DNA of 64,000 nt from Eledone cirrhosa (Eukaryota), in the NCBI GenBank assembly GCA_964016885.1, contig OZ024756.1:31062001-31126000 (forward strand), written 5' to 3'. The notes under the pieces were generated by a model. The model did no database searches. It was given only the letters and a program-made list of their open reading frames with translations, and was not told the DNA's origin. Position numbers and translations under genes: made by a program. The stretch's first letter is position 1. Every line of letters starts with the position of its first letter. Below are positions 60,693 to 64,000 of the stretch, piece by piece.

Positions 60693-60991
60693 TAACATTG
60701 TTAGAGGATATGAGAAGGAGTCTTTCTGTGGCGGTGTGGAGAAGCAGCAGTGGTGGTTCCATCGACGATTCCTCCAGTTTTTCAAACAACGGAAGAGCTT
60801 GCTTGTACATTTAACGGGCAAGTGTTTCTGCATTCCCACACTCGCTTACGCCCCTAGCGTAGTTTTCATGGGGATTTAGAGTAACACAGTGTGTAACTAT
60901 GCAGCCACCTCGAACGAATTACGGGTACCACCTTTTATTTTATTTTACTGAGTGGTTATGTTCCATAGAGCCAGAGCCAATGTTAGCAGGA

Positions 60992-62122
60992 ATAATTGTT
61001 TCTACTTTTGGCACAAGGACAACAATTATCCCAGTGCATTACTGGTACTTTATTTTATCGACCCCCGTAAGGATGAAAGGCAAAGTTAACCTCGGCGGGA
61101 TTTGAACTCAGATCATAAAGGGAGGTAACTCTATGCTTCAAAGCAGGCGTCCGTCCATCTAATGTTAGCTGGAATAATTGTTTCTACTATTGGCACAAGG
61201 CCAGAAATTACCCAGTACATTACTGGTACTTTATTTTATCGACCCCGTAAGGATGAAAGGCAAAGTTAACCTCGGCGGGATTTGAACTCAGAATAGCAAG
61301 GGCCGTAACTCTATGCATCAAAGCATGGCGTCATATCTAGTAAATAGATGTTTTTAATCAATCTTGTATTTATTTAACTACGAAGCTCAAACTTATGAGG
61401 TTTATTTACAATCCAATGTTTGAAAAGAAATATTGCCGATTTATAGATATTGTAAATATGATCGAGTTGGATAGCTAAATATAGCTCGGTTATGGTGCAT
61501 AGATGGAGAATCGTAAAGTCTATTGCTTATTATTAAAATATCATTCAACTTGATAGAAGCTACTTCAAGATGCTCATAGCTACGAGTTTGATTTAGCATA
61601 ATTCAACATAATACATAATAATCTAATGTGAAACAAATTATGATACAATATAATATAATATAATATGATATAATAGAATATAAAATAATTGTTTCTATTT
61701 TTTTGGCACAAGGCCAGCAATTATCCAGTACATTACTGGTACTTTATTTTATCGACCCTGTAAGGATGAAAGGCAAAGTTGACCTCGGCGGGATTTGAAC
61801 TCAGAATGGAAAGGGACGTAATTCTATGCTTCAAAGCATGGTGTGCGACTCTCTTCCGATACTGCCAATCCACCGCCCTATAATATGATATAATGTAATA
61901 TATTATGATATTATATAATTATTTCTAATTTAGACACAAGGCCGACAATTTTGTCGATTAAATCGAGCCTAGTATATTACTAGTGCTTTATTTATCAACC
62001 CTGTAAGGTAGAACGGAAAAGTCTACCTTATCAGAGTTTGAACTCAGAATGTAAAAGGCTGTAACTTTATAACATAAAGCATGTTGTCCGACGCCCAACC
62101 GATACTGCCAATCCACCACCCT
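60992..62122 (-). mobile_element. Four co-oriented SINE family 1 copies (60992-61160, 61174-61332, 61685-61878, 61916-62121)
   Basis: Repeated reverse-complement consensus. The first two are both preceded by aatgttagc.ggaataattgtttctac, suggesting local duplication. Confidence 0.9.
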
Positions 62123-62124
62123 AG

Positions 62125-62508
62125 TATATTACAATATAATATAACATAATGTAATATAATATAATGTAATATAATGTAATATAATATAATGTAATATAAT
62201 GTAATATAATATAATATATTATAATATAATATAATATAATGTAATATAATGTAATATAATATAATATAATATAATATAATGTAATATAATGTAATATAAT
62301 GTAATATAATGTAATATAATATAATATAATATAATATAATATAATGTAATATAATGTAATATAATGTAATATAATGTAATATAATATAATATAATATAAT
62401 ATAATATAATGTAATATAATATAATGTAATATAATATAATGTAATATAATATAATATAATATAATATAATATAATATAATATAATATAATGTAATATAAT
62501 ATAATATA
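62125..62508. repeat. (AATAT/AATGT)n pentanucleotide microsatellite
   Basis: Direct inspection. Confidence 0.95.
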
Positions 62509-62531
62509 CTGTAATTAATAACATATATAAT

Positions 62532-62928
62532 ATAATTGTTTCTACTGTTGGCACAAGGCCAGCAATTACCCAGGGGATTCAGACTCAAACTCAGAAGCTC
62601 CCGCGTCTTGCGACGCATGAGGCAATCATAGTGTTCCATCGCGTTCGGTCAGCAGCCAGTTGCACAGCGTCCCGCCATTGTTTGTTTGTCGCTCGCAGGT
62701 CCCTCTCAACTGTCAGGCGCCAGTTCATTTTGGGTCGCCCTCTCCGTCTGCTTCCCTGCCTGCAGGCTCCATTTAAGTGGGTTACTGGTACTTTAATTTA
62801 TCGATACCGTAAGGATGAATGGCAAAGTTAACCTCGGCGGGATTTGAACGCAGAATAGCAAGGGCCGTAACTCTATGCGTCAAAGCATAGCCTCCGACCC
62901 TCTACCGATACTGCCAATCCACAGCCCT
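62532..62928 (-). mobile_element. SINE family 1 split by an RTE insertion
   Basis: Tail 62532-62573 and the remainder 62780-62928 join to give the consensus aattacccag..ttactggtac. Confidence 0.85.
62579..62777 (-). mobile_element. RTE-clade LINE 3' end (second RTE family)
   Basis: Minus-strand translation GSRRRGRPKMNWRLTVERDLRATNKQWRDAVQLAADRTRWNTMIASCVARRGSF* (stop 62591-62593), then tail gtttgagtctga. Confidence 0.85.
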
Positions 62929-63215
62929 CAATAACATATATAATATAATATAATATATTCTGATCGAACAAGGCGTAAGATATCATAATATAGATTAAAA
63001 TAAATTGAAATAGTATAGATATTTAATATGAGGTAAGGGAACTCAGTACAACACACAGAGTAATGATGATGAATGGTGTGGAAATATACACTAGACACGA
63101 TTACAATAGAAGAGATGAGACACAGAAACATGCGTTAAGTAATATATATACTTCACACTCATATATATATATGTGTGTTTGTGTGTATATATGTGTGCAT
63201 ATATATATATATATA

Positions 63216-63268
<53 letters not shown>

Positions 63269-63397
63269 GGAAAAAATGAAACGAAATTTCATTTCCCACT
63301 CCATACGTACATATACGTATATATGTGTGCATGTATGTATATATATATACATACTACTGTCCGTCTGTATACATATATGTATGTACGTGTACATACT

Positions 63398-63491
<94 letters not shown>

Positions 63492-63554
63492 ATGGGTTTG
63501 AAGCTGTTACTTCTTAATTAACTGAATGTAAAAAAATTCATAACTCGCTCACTG

Positions 63555-63660
<106 letters not shown>

Positions 63661-64000
63661 AAGAAAGAGAGAGACAGACAGGCAGACAGGCAGGCAGACA
63701 GACAGACAGACATAGATAGAGCGTTTAATTATTTGTTCTAGGTTTCCACGTTTTGAGTTCGAACCCCAATGAGATTCACTGACTCTTTATTCATCCTTTC
63801 AGGAATTATTTAAAAAAAAATAATGTAACAGTCCCCGTACTGGTTCAACCCTCTCCTCTTCCAGCTGTCATACCTTGGATATTTTACTAACTCCAGGGAT
63901 GAAGGGTTGAGTGTTTGCCTATGTGTGGTTGCGATTGCAGTGGCATCTAAAACTATTACCGAAATCATGACACATACTACCAAGTCATTCGCTAATGATG

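Overview
AT-rich, microsatellite-saturated non-coding animal DNA. The tRNA-derived SINE families and the (TA)n/(CA)n/(GATA)n density suggest an octopod cephalopod genome (inference). No host protein-coding gene is supportable, and almost every ORF in the track is a microsatellite artefact. The window holds about 25 copies or fragments of one tRNA-derived SINE, a second SINE family, two RTE-type LINE 3' fragments, mariner-type MITEs, several TE-derived minisatellites and a degraded Penelope-like element (PLE) ORF fragment. The main signal is a set of at least 6 unrelated short non-coding families carrying type I hammerhead ribozyme (HHR) motifs (CUGANGA..GAAA..NUH). Nearly all are embedded in (TA)n, and most occur as asymmetric fold-back palindromes. 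In most families the short arm stops about 50 nt past the predicted cleavage site. The long arm continues through a shared YACTCY (mostly TACTCC) motif into a tail of about 70-135 nt. This looks like a microsatellite-targeting, ribozyme-bearing PLE/retrozyme-type system with a stereotyped fold-back insertion mechanism.
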